Assembly (NCBI RefSeq): GCF_030684315.1
Contig: NC_081361.1
Span: 14,683,861-14,747,860, forward strand
Length of the DNA stretch: 64,000 nucleotides
Direction of reading: 5' to 3'
From: Stegostoma tigrinum
Taxonomy: Eukaryota
A program made the translations under genes and the position numbers. A model generated the notes under the pieces. The model worked only from the letters and a program-made list of their open reading frames with translations, did no database searches and was not told the origin of the DNA. Each line of letters begins with the position of its first letter. The first letter of the stretch is position 1. Shown here one piece after another: positions 61,760 through 64,000 of this stretch.

Positions 61760-62145
61760 GCACCATATCTACAGTTATTCACTCCCTCTGCCACTGACAC
61801 TCAGTAGTAACACTGCGCACAATCTACATGGCGCACTACAAAAATTGAACAGTAACTTCCAAATCTACAACATGACCATAAAGAGGGATAAAGGCAGCAA
61901 ATACAAGGAAATACCTCTCCCCGTAAATTCCTCTCCAAGCCACACAATATCTTGATGTAGAAATACAGTTCCTTCACTGTCACTGGGTCAAAATCCTGAA
62001 ACTTTCTCTCTGACAGCTTTGTAGGCGTATATCAAATAGGCTGCAGCAATTCAAGGAGGCAGCTCACCGCCACCTTCTCAAAGGCAACAAGAGTGAGAAA
62101 TGAATGTTCACCCAGCCAGCAACACCCAAATTCCACAAATGAGTA
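61760..62145 (+). mobile_element. 3' fragment of second LINE family
   Basis: ACTCCCTCTGCCACTGACACTCAGTAG...GTTCCTTCACTGTCACTGGGTCAAAATCCTG...GCAGCAATTCAAGGAGGCAGCTCACC; matches 50770-51150. Confidence 0.8.
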
Positions 62146-62189
62146 AAGACATGGAAAAGAACATTGTGTTTCTCTGTAAACATTTCCTA

Positions 62190-62830
62190 GCCACTCAGCA
62201 CAAAAAATACTTCTTGTTTCATTATCCACTTTGGCTGGGCAACATAATTGCATACTTTGTTACATTCTATTCCATCTGCCGTGTTCTTGCCTCTTTGAAC
62301 CTACCACATTGTTGACTTTCTGACCTAACTCCGCACCATCAACAAACTTGGATTGAGTACAATTAGCTGCTTCATTAAAATCTAAGATATGGATGATAAA
62401 TAGCTGAGACCCAAACACTGGTCCTTCACCTGTTACATTTTGCAGACCTGAAAATGCCCTCTTCATTCTTGCCCTTTTCCCTGTCCATCAGCCACTTCTT
62501 AAATTCACGCTAAACGCTACCCCAATTGCAGGAGACTTAATTTTGTGCAATTATTTCATTAAATGCTTTTTGAAAAATACAAGTACACTTTATCCACTGC
62601 CTCTTACCAGTTACGGTCTCAAAAAATCTCTTATATTTGTCATCATTATTCCTCTTTCACAAATCAATGTTGGCTCTGCCTAAAACGATAAATCTGTAAT
62701 TGCCCTATTAACATGTCCGAAGTAACAAACTGAAACATTTTCCCTTACAGGGCTAAACTCTGAATAATTACCAGGGCATATCTTGGCCTTCATAAATCGA
62801 GATTTGTAATTCAGCATATCTTCTCTGCGT
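62190..62830 (-). mobile_element. CR1 RT relic
   Basis: ORF 62260..62466 contains GPVFGSQLFIIHILDF...SKFVDGAELG, a decayed GSVLGPxLFxIYINDL...SKFADDTKLG. Confidence 0.6.
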
Positions 62831-62844
62831 TTTTTTGAATTTCT

Positions 62845-63570
62845 GTAAAGTTCTGGGTAAACCAGAACTAGAATATGGCACTCAGTTTGTATCATCACAA
62901 TTTAGGAAGGATGAGGGGATTTTTAAGAGCAGGTTAATCAGAATCGTTCTAGAAATGATGGATTTTATTTCCAATGTTAGTTCTGGAGCAAAGAAGGCCG
63001 CAAGGAATCTCAACACTGTATAAGATTGTGATAAGGTTTATATAAGTTAGACAAATCAAAATAGTTCACTGACAAATTTATAACATTATGCTGTGTATAG
63101 ATAGTGTTGACGGTCAGAAGCTTTATCCCCAGAGTTGAAATGTCTAATACTAGGGGGCATGCATTTAAGCAAACGGGGCAAAGTTTCAGGGGTATGTGGG
63201 TTATGGGGGATGGGTCTGGGTGAGATATATCAAGGGGCAGTGTGGACTGTTGGGCCGAATGGCCTGTTTCCACACTGTTGGTAATCTAATCTTAGAAAAA
63301 AAGGTTCAAAGAAGATGTGAGGGGCAAGGTTTTTTTTTAAAATGGAGTGTGGTAGATGCCTGGGACGCACTGACAAGGGTGGTGATGGAGGCAAATACGA
63401 TAAGGGCATTTAAGGGCTTTTCGATAAGCGCATGAATAAGCAAGCAATGGAGGGATATGGACTAAGGGCTGGCAGAAGGAATTAGTCTAATCTAGTGTCA
63501 AATTCAGCACAATACTGTGCGCTGAAGGCGCCTGTTCCTGTGCTGCTCAGGTCTATATTCTATATTCTAA
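62845..63570 (+). mobile_element. CR1 3' fragment with an internal HE1 SINE 3' piece (about 63185-63292)
   Basis: KPELEYGTQF; WSVVDAWDAL...VMEA; tail TCTATATTCTATATTCTA; inserted piece ends GGTAATCTAATCT. Confidence 0.7.
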
Positions 63571-63769
63571 TTCATGGAAACAACGGTAGAAGGATTTGAG
63601 AAGACTATGAGGGAAATGTTATGCAGCAAGTAGTAATTATCTGGAACTCACTATTAACTAAGGGAAAGGAAAGGGTGATGCTCAATGATTTATACAATGA
63701 ATTTTAATGGGGTCCTGATCAAAACAAACTTGCAGGGCTACAGGGATTTAACAGGAGAATGGGATTTTT

Positions 63770-63995
63770 TAAACATTCATTCTTTCATGAAATGTGTGTG
63801 TTGATGGCTGGGCCAGTCTTTATTGTCTAATCATACTACCCTTGAGATGGTGGTGATGCGCTGCAATCTATATGTTGTCAATGCACCCACAGTGCTGTGA
63901 AGATGTGAGTTGCAGGATCTAGACCCAGTGTCATTGAAGCAGCAATATTGTTTTAAGTCAGTAGGCTCAATGGCATGGAGGCAGACTTCGAGCTA
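63770..63995 (-). mobile_element. 3' end of second LINE family
   Basis: AAAACATTCATTCTTTCATG...GGCTGGGCCAG...CCTTGAGATGGTGGTG...GACCCAGTG...TGGCATGG is the reverse complement of the 61900-62145 pattern. Confidence 0.65.
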
Positions 63996-64000
63996 GACAC

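Overview
Repeat-dense, CpG-depleted vertebrate genomic DNA. The repeat families (HE1-type tRNA SINEs, SacSINE1/Deu SINEs, HER1/CR1 LINEs, shark-type Penelope pseudo-LTR fragments) indicate a cartilaginous fish, probably a shark (inference). No host protein-coding exon can be identified with confidence, so the window is most likely intronic or intergenic. The longer ORFs in the track are mostly decayed LINE ORF2 fragments or antisense/shadow frames. Main structures: (1) a 5'-truncated CR1 inserted in the opposite orientation into another CR1 (25.4-30.5 kb), with a 9-bp target-site duplication and a 2-bp deletion right after FADD in both copies; (2) about ten short Penelope-derived fragments, several forming fold-back hairpins with 12-15 bp target-site duplications and carrying minimal hammerhead-ribozyme cores (CTGANGA-stemII-GAAAYRTH); (3) a decayed PIF/Harbinger transposon with a Myb/SANT-like ORF and imperfect TIRs; (4) a 68-bp templated insertion copied from 2.1 kb away; (5) a locally duplicated relic that diverged like coding sequence but is unidentified; (6) a degenerate ~27-bp minisatellite; (7) a CpG-retaining island with splice signals and a G4/CpG patch. 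All family assignments come from motif recognition by eye, and boundaries are approximate (tens of bp) unless a TSD is given.
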